From positions 94,351 to 158,350 of the forward strand of contig JBCCQQ010000006.1 of the NCBI GenBank assembly GCA_039024555.1: 64,000 bases of DNA, in the 5' to 3' direction. Shown piece after piece: positions 10,002 to 19,680 of the stretch (the first letter of the stretch is position 1; each line of letters starts with the position of its first letter). The notes under the pieces were generated by a model that searched no databases, was not told the DNA's origin, and was given only the letters and a program-made list of their open reading frames with translations. A program made the translations under genes and the position numbers. Source of the DNA: Cyanobacteria bacterium P01_D01_bin.156. Lineage in GTDB: Bacteria > Cyanobacteriota > Cyanobacteriia > Phormidesmidales > Phormidesmidaceae.

Positions 10002-10049
10002 CAAAAAAATCTAGCGTTTATATAGAAGGCAAAACGCTAGATATAGTGA
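10002..10049. promoter_or_regulatory. Tandem NrdR boxes upstream of nrdJ
   Basis: Strong box ACGCTAGATATAGTGA (10034-10049) and weaker box CAAAAAAATCTAGCGT (10002-10017), 32 bp apart, which is the typical NrdR spacing. Confidence 0.7.
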
Positions 10050-10266
10050 ATTTCTTTTTTGAGAGAACTAATCGTTAGAAGAACTTAGTCAAGATTAAGA
10101 ACATAGATGAGCCCATATTGTGTGAGCACAAATTCTTAAGAGTTATGATCCTTAGCCATTAATACTTCAATACTCCAACAATGATGACTATCAAATTCTT
10201 CACGAGAACTTAGCTAAAGTTGGCTCCCAGTTCCTGTCATAATACTGTGAATCTACTGATTGCCCA

Positions 10267-11277
10267 ATGAGCCATTCAGTCGTGGTGTCCTCTTCCCAAA
10301 AAGAGATAGTGCATCGGCCATGTGATTTCACCATCGCAATTTGCACCTATAACGGTGCCCAGCGTATTCCGGCTGTGCTCGACCTTCTTCTACAGCAGGT
10401 GGGCACCCAGAGTATACGTTGGGAGGTGTTCGTAGTTGATAACAATAGCAGTGACATGACAGCAGAGGTCGTGCAGCAATATCAACAAAATTGGCCTGCG
10501 GAAACTCCATTAAGATACTTTTTTGAAAAGCGTCAGGGAGCTGCCTATGCACGGCAGTTGGCCATAAAGTCAGCCCAAAGTGAATTGGTAGGCTTTTTGG
10601 ATGACGATAATTTACCCCATCCAACCTGGGTAACCGCCGCCTACGAATTTAGTCAAAATCATCCCCATGTGGGTGCCTACGGTAGCCAGATACATGGCCA
10701 GTTTGATTGTGAACTGCCTGATGATTTTGAGCGGATTCGTTCCTTTTTTGCCCTTACACAACGTGGCGAGTCAGCCCATGTTTATCAACCTCGACGGCGA
10801 GTATTACCGCCATCAGCTGGGTTGGTGGTACGGCGTGATGCCTGGCTAAGCAATGTCCCCGAGCAGCTAATTCTGACCGGACGTCATGATGAACAAATGC
10901 TCACCGGAGAAGACCTGGAAGCCATTTCCCATATTCGTCGTGGTAATTGGGAAATCTGGCACAATCCAGCGATGAAAGTTCGCCATCAGATTCCATCCCA
11001 TCGGCTACAGCGCAGCTATCTGCTATCTTTTTTCCGAGGTATTGGCCTTAGTCGCCACGTGACTCGTATGATCAATGTCCCTCTGTGGCAGCGACCGTTG
11101 GCATTTTGGGTCTATATGGCAAATGATTTACGTAAAACTTTGCTACATATATTGACCTATGGCTCCCTACTTAAGACTCACACCGTACTAGCTTGCGAAC
11201 TTCAACTTTATTGCAGCAGCTTAGTTAGTCCTCTCTACATTTGGTGGTTACTTTGGTTTAAACGTCGCTCGTTGTAG
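10267..11277 (+). CDS. hpsE: GT2 glycosyltransferase, HpsE-like (hormogonium polysaccharide)
   Basis: DFTIAICTYNGA, VVDNNS, GFLDDDN, LPPSAGLVVRRDAWL, GEDLE. Confidence 0.8.
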   Translation: MSHSVVVSSSQKEIVHRPCDFTIAICTYNGAQRIPAVLDLLLQQVGTQSIRWEVFVVDNNSSDMTAEVVQQYQQNWPAETPLRYFFEKRQGAAYARQLAIKSAQSELVGFLDDDNLPHPTWVTAAYEFSQNHPHVGAYGSQIHGQFDCELPDDFERIRSFFALTQRGESAHVYQPRRRVLPPSAGLVVRRDAWLSNVPEQLILTGRHDEQMLTGEDLEAISHIRRGNWEIWHNPAMKVRHQIPSHRLQRSYLLSFFRGIGLSRHVTRMINVPLWQRPLAFWVYMANDLRKTLLHILTYGSLLKTHTVLACELQLYCSSLVSPLYIWWLLWFKRRSL

Positions 11278-11498
11278 CTTAGTCAGAACAATTCCACGTA
11301 GTGCTACAAATCAAATGATGGGACTCCTAGGAAAACAAGATAGTGACATGGCATCGGGGGTACATTACAAATAGTGGATGCTTCGTCTTCTGCCATGCTG
11401 AGGACAAAGTTCTACCAGGGCATAGACAATCTGAGTCTGCGCAACGTGTATAACAACTCTACAGCACGAAATCTAAGGAGCAAGGGATTGGAGGCAAA

Positions 11499-12449
11499 AT
11501 GGCCCTGGATCTGTCAGTAGTAATTCCTACCTACAACGGCACAGAACGAATACCAGCCGTGCTTGACCGCCTGAAGCAACAGAATACGCCAGCATCTATT
11601 TCATGGGAAGTATTGGTGGTTGACAACAACAGTGATGACCATATTGCCGAGTTAATTTCAGATTATCAACACAGTTGGCTCGAGCACGTACCGCTTCGAT
11701 ACATGCTCGAATCCCGTCAAGGGACTGCATATGCACGCCAATGCGGTGTAGAAAACACTTCTGGAAACTTCATTGGCTTTATTGATGATGATAATTGGCC
11801 TGTTGAAAGCTGGGTAGCTAAAGCAGTCGAATTTGGTCGTCACATGCCAAAAGCAGGGGCTTTTGGCAGTCGAGTTATTGGAGCATTCGAGCAAGAACCG
11901 GATGAAACCGTCAAGCCCCTATTAACTTTCTTAGCTGTTCGTGACATAGGTAAATCACCCAAACAGTTTTATCCAAGTAAGTTACAGTTACCGGCAGGAG
12001 CGGGCTTAGTTGTTCGTAGGGATGCTTGGATGGAATCCATTCCCAGCGTTCTTAAAAATATTTCTAGACCAGGTGAGGATTACGAAATTTCCGTTCGTCT
12101 GGCAAAGAAAGGTTGGGAAATTTGGTACAACCCTGAAATGCAGGTTGAGCACTTTATCCCAGCAAATAGGTTAGAGCGGACATATCTGCTTAAGCTAGCC
12201 CATCTATATGGTGCATGTACATGTAACCTGTTGATGCTCCAAAATCCTGAATGGAAAAAATCTTATGTACTAGGAAAAGCGTTTCTTGGTAGTCTACGCC
12301 GTATTTTGGCTCATCAAATACGTTACCCATGGTATGAACATCAAAACCTGGAAGCCGAATGTCAGTTAGCTTTTCATATGGGTAACTTAAAGAGCCCTAT
12401 CTTATACCTATTAAATCGTTTTGACCGCCTTGCCAGAGAGTTCCCTTAA
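11499..12449 (+). CDS. GT2 glycosyltransferase, HpsE-like paralog
   Basis: SVVIPTYNG, VVDNNS, GFIDDDN, LPAGAGLVVRRDAW, GEDYE; GGAGG RBS. Confidence 0.88.
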   Translation: MALDLSVVIPTYNGTERIPAVLDRLKQQNTPASISWEVLVVDNNSDDHIAELISDYQHSWLEHVPLRYMLESRQGTAYARQCGVENTSGNFIGFIDDDNWPVESWVAKAVEFGRHMPKAGAFGSRVIGAFEQEPDETVKPLLTFLAVRDIGKSPKQFYPSKLQLPAGAGLVVRRDAWMESIPSVLKNISRPGEDYEISVRLAKKGWEIWYNPEMQVEHFIPANRLERTYLLKLAHLYGACTCNLLMLQNPEWKKSYVLGKAFLGSLRRILAHQIRYPWYEHQNLEAECQLAFHMGNLKSPILYLLNRFDRLAREFP

Positions 12450-12489
12450 GACTTTTTGCTTGAATTGAATGAATTGAAGGTACTGAATT

Positions 12490-13500
12490 ATGGTTCAAAT
12501 ATCGGTTGTTGTCCCAGCTTACAATGCCGAATCAACTATCAAGGAAACCATTCAGTCAGTTTTGGTGCAAACCTTTACTGACTTTGAGCTGATTATCATC
12601 AATGATGGTTCTACAGACAGGACACAGTCAATTGTTGAATCATTTTCAGATACTAGAATTCGCAGCTTCACTTTCTCTAATGCTGGCCCCCAAAAAAGCC
12701 GAAATCGAGGTATCGAGAGATCAATTGGCGAATATATTAGCTTTCTAGATGCAGACGACCTTTGGACCCCAGATAAGCTGGAAAGTCAACTTACAGCGCT
12801 AAATGATATGCCTGAAGCTGGAGTTGCTTACAGTTGGACAGATGTTATCGATGAAGAAGGGAAATTTGTTCGCAGAGGCGGCCACCTTTCCTACCAAGGA
12901 AACATTCTTTTAGAATTGGCGTTAGTGAACTTCCTTGAAAGTGGTTCAAATCCACTAATTAAAACTTCTATCATTAGAGCAATTGACGGATTTGATGAAG
13001 ATATTTTAGCTGGTCAAGATTGGGATACTTGGTTGCGCTTAGCAGCTACTTGTAAATTCACTGTTGTCAGGAAATCTCAAGTCCTTTACCGAAAGACCTT
13101 TAAGAAAGCTTCCTGGTCATCCAAAATCAAACGTCAATTAGCAGGATGCCAGCACGTTATGCACAAGCTCATCTCTCAATCCTATAAACAGTTAGATGGG
13201 TACAAAAATCACATTTTTGCCAACTGTTACAGATATCTTTTGGCAGAATCTTTGCAACGCCAGCCTTCGCGAAAACAAACTTTGTTAGCGGGTCGTATTT
13301 TGGGAATGATTGTTTTTAACGATCCACTTTTTGTGACGAAGAAAGTCTTTCTAAAGGTACTAGCTAGAATGCTGGTTTTGATGGCGTTTGGCCAAAACAC
13401 TCCACTGTATGTTTCGAGATTATTGAACAATCTCTTAGATGTAACCAGCATTTACGGATACCAAAAAATTCTTACGGATCACAGCTCTGACGCTGCATAG
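12490..13500 (+). CDS. GT2 glycosyltransferase
   Basis: ISVVVPAYN, INDGSTD, FLDADDLW, SGSNPLI, QDWD. Confidence 0.92.
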   Translation: MVQISVVVPAYNAESTIKETIQSVLVQTFTDFELIIINDGSTDRTQSIVESFSDTRIRSFTFSNAGPQKSRNRGIERSIGEYISFLDADDLWTPDKLESQLTALNDMPEAGVAYSWTDVIDEEGKFVRRGGHLSYQGNILLELALVNFLESGSNPLIKTSIIRAIDGFDEDILAGQDWDTWLRLAATCKFTVVRKSQVLYRKTFKKASWSSKIKRQLAGCQHVMHKLISQSYKQLDGYKNHIFANCYRYLLAESLQRQPSRKQTLLAGRILGMIVFNDPLFVTKKVFLKVLARMLVLMAFGQNTPLYVSRLLNNLLDVTSIYGYQKILTDHSSDAA

Positions 13501-13518
13501 TGTAACTTCCTTACTAAA

Positions 13519-14460
13519 ATGACACTGATTTCTGTAATAGTTCCGGTTTACAACGGCGAAAATACGATTGCTCAGACAATCGAGTCGGTCCTTTCCCAAA
13601 AGCATTCGCAGCTTGAACTCATCGTTATTAATGACGGTTCAACGGATAAAACTGTATCGATTGTTGATTCATTTACAGATGTGCGTATTCGTCTTATCTC
13701 TCACCCTAACCAAGGTACGTCGGCAAGTCGAAACCGCGGCATCCGTGAAGCTATTGGACAGTATCTCGCCTTTCTCGATGCCGATGACTTATGGACATCT
13801 GACAAGCTAGCAGATCAGCTTAAAGCATTAGAAAACTGTCCAGAAGCTGGTCTTGCCTATAGCTGGACTGACCAAATCGACACCGACGGAAAGTTTTTGA
13901 GGCCCGGCCTACATATGTCTGTTGACAACAATCCACTAAATAGCCTGTTCCTCAGAAATTTTATAGAAAGTGGTTCAAATGCACTTATTCGAAGCTCTGT
14001 ATTTAAGACCGTCGGCAATTTTAACGAAAAAGTGAAATATGTAGAAGATTGGGAAATGTGGTTGAGAATCGCAGCTAAGTATGACTTCGTGTGTGTTCCA
14101 AAGCCTCAGGTTTTCTACCGAATTTACCCTGGTTCAATGTCATGCAACGTCGCTCAGGCAGAAAAACATTTGATGCACGTCATGGAACAAGCGCTGGCGC
14201 TACACCCAGACATAGGACCAGTTGTGCGAAAAAAGGCTTACGCCGATAGGTATCGCTACCTTGCTTTAAAGGCAGTTAATAATGGCCCCATACTTCAGAA
14301 TAAACGGCTTGCACTTCGCTGTTTCATCAATTCATTGCGCTACGAACCTGTCTGGTGGCTGAGCCGAGGGCAAAATACGATGATTTTTCTACTAAGGCTA
14401 CTGTTTAACCCTTTCTTAAATCAGCTCATCGCGACGCAAAAAGCTATTAGTGTCAGATGA
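13519..14460 (+). CDS. GT2 glycosyltransferase
   Basis: ISVIVPVYN, INDGSTD, FLDADDLW, SGSNALI, EDWE; tandem paralog of the previous gene. Confidence 0.92.
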   Translation: MTLISVIVPVYNGENTIAQTIESVLSQKHSQLELIVINDGSTDKTVSIVDSFTDVRIRLISHPNQGTSASRNRGIREAIGQYLAFLDADDLWTSDKLADQLKALENCPEAGLAYSWTDQIDTDGKFLRPGLHMSVDNNPLNSLFLRNFIESGSNALIRSSVFKTVGNFNEKVKYVEDWEMWLRIAAKYDFVCVPKPQVFYRIYPGSMSCNVAQAEKHLMHVMEQALALHPDIGPVVRKKAYADRYRYLALKAVNNGPILQNKRLALRCFINSLRYEPVWWLSRGQNTMIFLLRLLFNPFLNQLIATQKAISVR

Positions 14461-14504
14461 TTTAAGCATCTTCTTAAACATGACTATGTAATCTACTTTT
14501 TCAA

Positions 14505-15458
14505 ATGAAACTTCCTAACTTTTTTGTCGTTGGTGCAGCCAAAGCAGGTACAACAGCATTATGTGAGTATATATCGCAGCACCCCCAGATTTATATTAGT
14601 CCTATTAAAGAGCCTAACTTTTTTGCGACGGAGAATGGCGATTTAGAATGCAGTTTTACAGGGCATGGTGTTGCGAGTAACCAACTTTGGATTCAGACAA
14701 ACCAAATAGTCACCAGCTGGCCTGAATATGAAAAGCTTTTTCAAAAAGTTTCAGGGGAGAAGGCTATTGGCGAAGGGTCAACTATCTATTTATATAGTAA
14801 ACACACTGCTCGGCGAATATTCGACTATTCTCAGCAGGCAAAAATTATCATAGTCCTTAGGAATCCTGTCGAGAGGGCGTACTCCCATTATTTATTCCGC
14901 ATTCGCCACAATCAAGAACCTGTCAATGTGTTTTCCGACGCTCTAGACCTAGAAAACCAGCGGATAGAAGATAACTGGGGTCCCCCATGGCACTATCAGC
15001 GACGTAGCTTTTATTATGAGCAGGTAAAGCGCTACTTAGATATCTTTGGCCTGACCCAGGTTCGAATATATCTTTTTGAAGATTTCAAGCATGATACCCA
15101 TACCCTTTTAGAGGATATTTATCGTTTTTTGCGGGTTGCCCCCAACTTCAAAGCCGATACACAGATTCAATACAACCCTTCGGGAATTCCTAAAAATGCA
15201 AAACTACAGACCTTTTTAGAGGGACTCAATGATGCTCAACATCCGCTACGCGTTGGTTTTCGTTCACTGATACCAGAGGGAATCCGTAAACGGACCAAAG
15301 TCTCCCGTGAGCGGGCCAAGGTAAAGTTAATGAAAAACAACTTAGCACAGCCTCCCCTTTCACCAGAGGTTAGGGCTCAGCTAATTAATGTTTTTCGCGA
15401 AGATATTTTGAAACTGCAAGATATGATTCAAAGAGACCTGTCAGCCTGGCTGGTGTAG
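14505..15458 (+). CDS. PAPS-dependent sulfotransferase (Sulfotransfer_1/3 type)
   Basis: 5'-PSB loop GAAKAGTT, KEPNFF, 3'-PB LRNPVERAYS. Confidence 0.92.
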   Translation: MKLPNFFVVGAAKAGTTALCEYISQHPQIYISPIKEPNFFATENGDLECSFTGHGVASNQLWIQTNQIVTSWPEYEKLFQKVSGEKAIGEGSTIYLYSKHTARRIFDYSQQAKIIIVLRNPVERAYSHYLFRIRHNQEPVNVFSDALDLENQRIEDNWGPPWHYQRRSFYYEQVKRYLDIFGLTQVRIYLFEDFKHDTHTLLEDIYRFLRVAPNFKADTQIQYNPSGIPKNAKLQTFLEGLNDAQHPLRVGFRSLIPEGIRKRTKVSRERAKVKLMKNNLAQPPLSPEVRAQLINVFREDILKLQDMIQRDLSAWLV

Positions 15459-15577
15459 AGATAATATGCGTAGAGAGAATATAGTTAACGATTTCTAGGA
15501 TGCTGGTGTGATATTTTCTCTAAGAGGGTGGCTTGCTAAGTTGCTGAAGTCAACTTCCAGGGGCAATAGCGATATCG

Positions 15578-15593
15578 GTTGGGTAATCCGAAC
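15578..15593 (+). promoter_or_regulatory. K-box-like heat-shock element upstream of htpG
   Basis: GTTGGGTAATCCGAAC has one mismatch to the cyanobacterial K-box GTTCGG-NNAN-CCNNAC; 100 bp upstream of the htpG ATG. Confidence 0.6.
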
Positions 15594-15692
15594 CTTCAGG
15601 ATGGCAATCCGCTCTTGTTCTTAACAGGATCTTGATAGAAAACAGTATAAGAATTCACTTACGGTCGCTTATACTCCCCCCAATCGAGTCCT

Positions 15693-17675
15693 ATGGCAAC
15701 GATTCTTGAGCAAGGTAACATCAGTATTCATACTGAGAATATTTTTCCGATTATCAAAAAATGGCTTTATTCTGACCATGAAATTTTTCTGCGGGAGCTG
15801 ATTTCCAATGGTGTTGACGCCATCAGCAAGCTCAACATGGTGTCCCGCAGCTCCGACTTCACGGGCGAAGTGGGCGAGCCGGAAATTTCCATCGCCATCG
15901 ATAAAGACGCCAAAACCATCAGCATCACCGACAACGGCATAGGCATGACCGCCGATGAGGTGAAAAAATACATTAACCAGGTGGCCTTTTCCAGTGCAGA
16001 AGAATTCGTTACCAAATTCAAAGACAGCACTGATGAAAATATCATTGGTCACTTTGGTCTAGGTTTCTACTCCTCCTTTATGGTGTCCGACCAGGTAGAA
16101 ATCGATACCCTGTCCTATCAGGAAGGTGCAACCCCCGTTCACTGGAGCTGCGATGGCACCACCACCTTTGAGCTCAGCGACTCTGAACGCACGGAGCGAG
16201 GTACCACCATCACCCTGCACCTGATGGAGGACGAGACTGAATATCTAGAAACCTCCCGTATTCAGCAGCTGATCAAAACCTACTGCGACTTCATGCCGGT
16301 GCCCATCAAGTTGGATGGGGAAGATGCCAATAAGAAGAACGCTCCTTGGAAGCAGTCCCCCAGTAGCCTCACCGACGAGGATTACCTAGAACTGTACCGC
16401 TACCTATATCCATTCCAGGAAGATCCCCTACTGTGGGTTCACCTCAACACCGACTATCCCTTTGTAGTTAACGGCATTCTCTACTTTCCCAAGCTCAAGC
16501 CCGATGTAGATGTCACAAAGGGCCAGATCAAGCTGTTCTGTAATCAGGTCTTTGTTAGTGACAACTGTGAGGAAATAATTCCTCAGTTTCTGTTACCTTT
16601 GCGCGGTGTTGTCGATAGTAGTGACATCCCCCTCAATGTATCCCGTAGTTTTTTACAAAACGATCGAACCGTTCGTCGCATCGCCGACTATATTGCTAAG
16701 AAAGTGGGAGATCGACTTAAGGAGCTATATCGTACTGATAAAGCTAAGTACATTGAGTGCTGGCAGGATCTAGGAACCTTTGTGAAGTTTGGTTCTCTTA
16801 ATAACGATAAGTTTAAGCAGCAAATTGCTGACTTTATTATTTTCCGTACTACAGCTGAAACGGAAAAGAGTAATGAGCCCAAAATTGAAGTACAAGCTGC
16901 AGAGGATGACGCCTGGCAGTCTACCGATGGAGAAAGCGATTTAGCCGTAGATGCAAAAGGGAATCTTTACACCACACTGAAGGAGTATTTGGAGCGCAAT
17001 AAAGAGAAGCACGAAAACCGTGTTTTTTATGCAACAGATGAAGTTTCTCAAGCCACTTACATCGATTTGCATAAACGTCAAGGGCTGGAAGTGCTCTATC
17101 TCGATTCCTTTATTGACACACACTTTGTCCCATTCCTAGAGCGGGAGTATTCGGATGTTAAGTTTTCCCGAGTTGACTCTGATCTGGACAATACTCTGAT
17201 TGATGAGTCCGCCAGTGGCGATATCGTGGATCCTACGACTAACCAAACAAAAGCTGAACGTGTCAAAGAGTTATTTGAAAAGGCTTTGGATCAACCTAAA
17301 GTGACTATTCGTACCGATGCCCTAAAATCTGATGATGTTCAATCTGCACCGCCAGCTATTGTTCTGCTCCCGGAAGAAATGCGCCGTATGCAGGAAATGA
17401 TGGCCATGATGCAGCAGCAGACGGCACAGTTTCCCGAGGAACATACGCTGTTAGTGAATACCGCGCATCCGCTGATTCAGAACCTGTTGGATATGAGTCA
17501 AGGAACCATTGTTCAAGCCGACGGTAGTGAATCTCCTACTTCGACTATGGCTACTATGATCTGTCAGCATGTTTATGATTTAGCTCTGATGGCTCAAAAG
17601 GGATTTGATGCTGATGGTATGAAATCCTTTGTGGAACGCTCCAACAGCCTCTTAACTGGATTAACTAAGGCTTGA
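15693..17675 (+). CDS. htpG: Molecular chaperone HtpG (Hsp90)
   Basis: IFLRELISNG, DNGIGMT, IGHFGLGFYS, PLNVSRS. Confidence 0.98.
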   Translation: MATILEQGNISIHTENIFPIIKKWLYSDHEIFLRELISNGVDAISKLNMVSRSSDFTGEVGEPEISIAIDKDAKTISITDNGIGMTADEVKKYINQVAFSSAEEFVTKFKDSTDENIIGHFGLGFYSSFMVSDQVEIDTLSYQEGATPVHWSCDGTTTFELSDSERTERGTTITLHLMEDETEYLETSRIQQLIKTYCDFMPVPIKLDGEDANKKNAPWKQSPSSLTDEDYLELYRYLYPFQEDPLLWVHLNTDYPFVVNGILYFPKLKPDVDVTKGQIKLFCNQVFVSDNCEEIIPQFLLPLRGVVDSSDIPLNVSRSFLQNDRTVRRIADYIAKKVGDRLKELYRTDKAKYIECWQDLGTFVKFGSLNNDKFKQQIADFIIFRTTAETEKSNEPKIEVQAAEDDAWQSTDGESDLAVDAKGNLYTTLKEYLERNKEKHENRVFYATDEVSQATYIDLHKRQGLEVLYLDSFIDTHFVPFLEREYSDVKFSRVDSDLDNTLIDESASGDIVDPTTNQTKAERVKELFEKALDQPKVTIRTDALKSDDVQSAPPAIVLLPEEMRRMQEMMAMMQQQTAQFPEEHTLLVNTAHPLIQNLLDMSQGTIVQADGSESPTSTMATMICQHVYDLALMAQKGFDADGMKSFVERSNSLLTGLTKA

Positions 17676-17730
17676 TGGTTCCTATCATCCGAATAAAAAT
17701 GACTTAGAGTCATCAATATCGTTCTCTCAG

Positions 17731-17788
17731 TTTTATTCTGCTATTCATGAGTAAGATTTATGGTCTGCTCCTGACTAGCAGAATAAAA
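17731..17788 (+). terminator. Hairpin after htpG
   Basis: TTTTATTCTGCTA...TAGCAGAATAAAA arms. Confidence 0.55.
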
Positions 17789-17846
17789 TTTAAGGGCACA
17801 CTCTACCAGGGTGGAATTTCAATCTGTAAACCAGGTCTTAGAGAGC

Positions 17847-18560
17847 ATGATCATTTCTCATAAGCATAAGTTCATTTTTATCAAAACCACAAAGACTGCA
17901 GGTACTAGCGTTGAGATTGCCCTGTCTAGATTTTGTGGCGAAGATGATGTAGTCACGCCTCTTATGCAAAAAGATGAGGTAATGAGGAAGGAGTACGGTG
18001 GCCATGGACCACAAAACTTTGAGCGTGCTTGTAAATTAACAGAGTACTCTAAAGGAGATTGGTGGCGTTTATTATCCCAAGGCAAGCGGTCAAAAGTTTC
18101 CTTATTTTGGAATCACATCACAGCAAATCAAATCAAATCAAGAATTTCCCCTGATCAGTGGGATAGCTATTATAAATTCTGTTTTGTACGGAATCCTTGG
18201 GATAGAGCGGTCTCAAGATATTTTTGGAATATTGAGAGAGATGGCATTCATGAAAACTTAGATGAATCTCTCAAAAACAACAACCCTAACTCTAACTTTG
18301 GGATCTACTCAATTAATGGTCAAGTAGTTGTGGATTTTGTTGGTAAGTACGAGAACCTTATGGCAGATTTCATGACGATTTGTCAGACATTAAAGATTCC
18401 CTTTGATGGAGAACTACCAAGAGCTAAGAGTACATCGAGAAAAACCAAAAAACATTATTCGGAAATCTTAAGCTCCGCTCAGGCAGAGTATATCCGTCAA
18501 AAGTGCTCTCAAGAGGTTGAACTCTTCGGTTACCAGTACGCAAAAGCTAGTCACGTTTAA
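17847..18560 (+). CDS. Sulfotransferase family 2 protein
   Basis: MIISHKHKFIFIKTTKTAGTS (5'-PSB), FVRNPWDRAVS (3'-PB), DFVGKYENL. Start moved to ATG 17847. Confidence 0.88.
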   Translation: MIISHKHKFIFIKTTKTAGTSVEIALSRFCGEDDVVTPLMQKDEVMRKEYGGHGPQNFERACKLTEYSKGDWWRLLSQGKRSKVSLFWNHITANQIKSRISPDQWDSYYKFCFVRNPWDRAVSRYFWNIERDGIHENLDESLKNNNPNSNFGIYSINGQVVVDFVGKYENLMADFMTICQTLKIPFDGELPRAKSTSRKTKKHYSEILSSAQAEYIRQKCSQEVELFGYQYAKASHV

Positions 18561-18764
18561 AGTGAGTTTTTATAGCTTGAGAATCAACGCTTTAAAGGCG
18601 CTGTACAGTCTATTGCTACGTTGCGCTGTATTCCAATCATTAGTACACTAGTAGACTACTCAACTAATTTGCCAGTCCGAAGAGTGCTATCTATGGGTGA
18701 GGCAAAATCAAAATGAGTTTAGATAGTAGTTTGGGTTGCTTCATTTCTTTAGGAGTTGGTTTTT

Positions 18765-19001
18765 ATGAGTCGTAAATGTGATTTGACTGGCAAAAAAGCA
18801 AACAATGCATTTGCAGTGTCTCACTCTCATCGGCGTACTAAGCGTCTTCAGGGTGCAAACTTGCAGGACAAGAGGGTTTGGTGGCCGAGTGGTAAGCGTT
18901 GGGTGAAGCTGCGTCTCTCTACAAAAGCTATTAAGACCCTCGAGAAAAAAGGAATCGAGGCTATGGCAAGAGATGCAGGCATCGATCTAAGTAAGTTTTA
19001 A
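18765..19001 (+). CDS. rpmB: 50S ribosomal protein L28
   Basis: [29 protein letters not shown]; 78 aa; AGGAG RBS. Confidence 0.98.
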   Translation: MSRKCDLTGKKANNAFAVSHSHRRTKRLQGANLQDKRVWWPSGKRWVKLRLSTKAIKTLEKKGIEAMARDAGIDLSKF

Positions 19002-19108
19002 AGTATTTCTCAGGCCTTTTTCTACAAGCAAGTTTTGTGGCTGTTGGTCAATATTGTTAGCCTGCGCTTGGCTTTAGCCATTTAAAAACGATTCTAAATA
19101 GTTATGCT

Positions 19109-19138
19109 GCGGTCGTTCAAATTTGGTTGAGCGACCGC
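19109..19138 (+). terminator. Probable terminator after rpmB
   Basis: GCGGTCGTTCAA/TTGAGCGACCGC stem followed by GTATTTT. Confidence 0.6.
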
Positions 19139-19680
19139 GTATTTTATGGGCATGATTGCTTAATCCGTAACCTTATAAATGCACTAACTAAGCCTTGGAA
19201 TTTAGCTATGCTGAGGGCATGTACGCAAGAACGTCTTTAGCAGGTGGGTGGATGTACTGATTTTTGACGATTTCATAAAAGTTTTGCTACAACAGTTTAG
19301 GGACAATCAAATCCATAAAAATCAGGAACGTTCATAATAAATTTATGATTTCTTAAACGCTTGTCACCGATTCTGTTTTTGAAGCCTAAAGCTTTTAACG
19401 CTGGGAAAGTTTCTCAGATATTCAAGCGGCTTTTGTATATGCATTAACCTAGTATTCCGAGTTAATTTTTATCTTTTGGATAGAGGTTATGTCCGGAGCA
19501 TTATCTGAAATTAAAATTATTGGAAGTATTTATCGCTGAATGGGGTAACCTCTAGCTTGCATGTTAACGGTTTGTCTCAGGTTGATACTCCTGTAATTTG
19601 TGTCCCTGTTGATGAAAGTCGCGATCTCAAATTGCGAGTAGTATTTGAGTACCTGATCATCCTCTGTTTTTGATTGACTT

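Noticed and set aside
15480..15692. CIRCE element upstream of htpG
   Set aside because: No TTAGCACTC-N9-GAGTGCTAA match.
19452..19551. SigJ/SigF promoter for hpsA
   Set aside because: The best J-box-like match (CGGAATACT) is on the wrong strand, and GGGTAACCT matches only 6 of 9.
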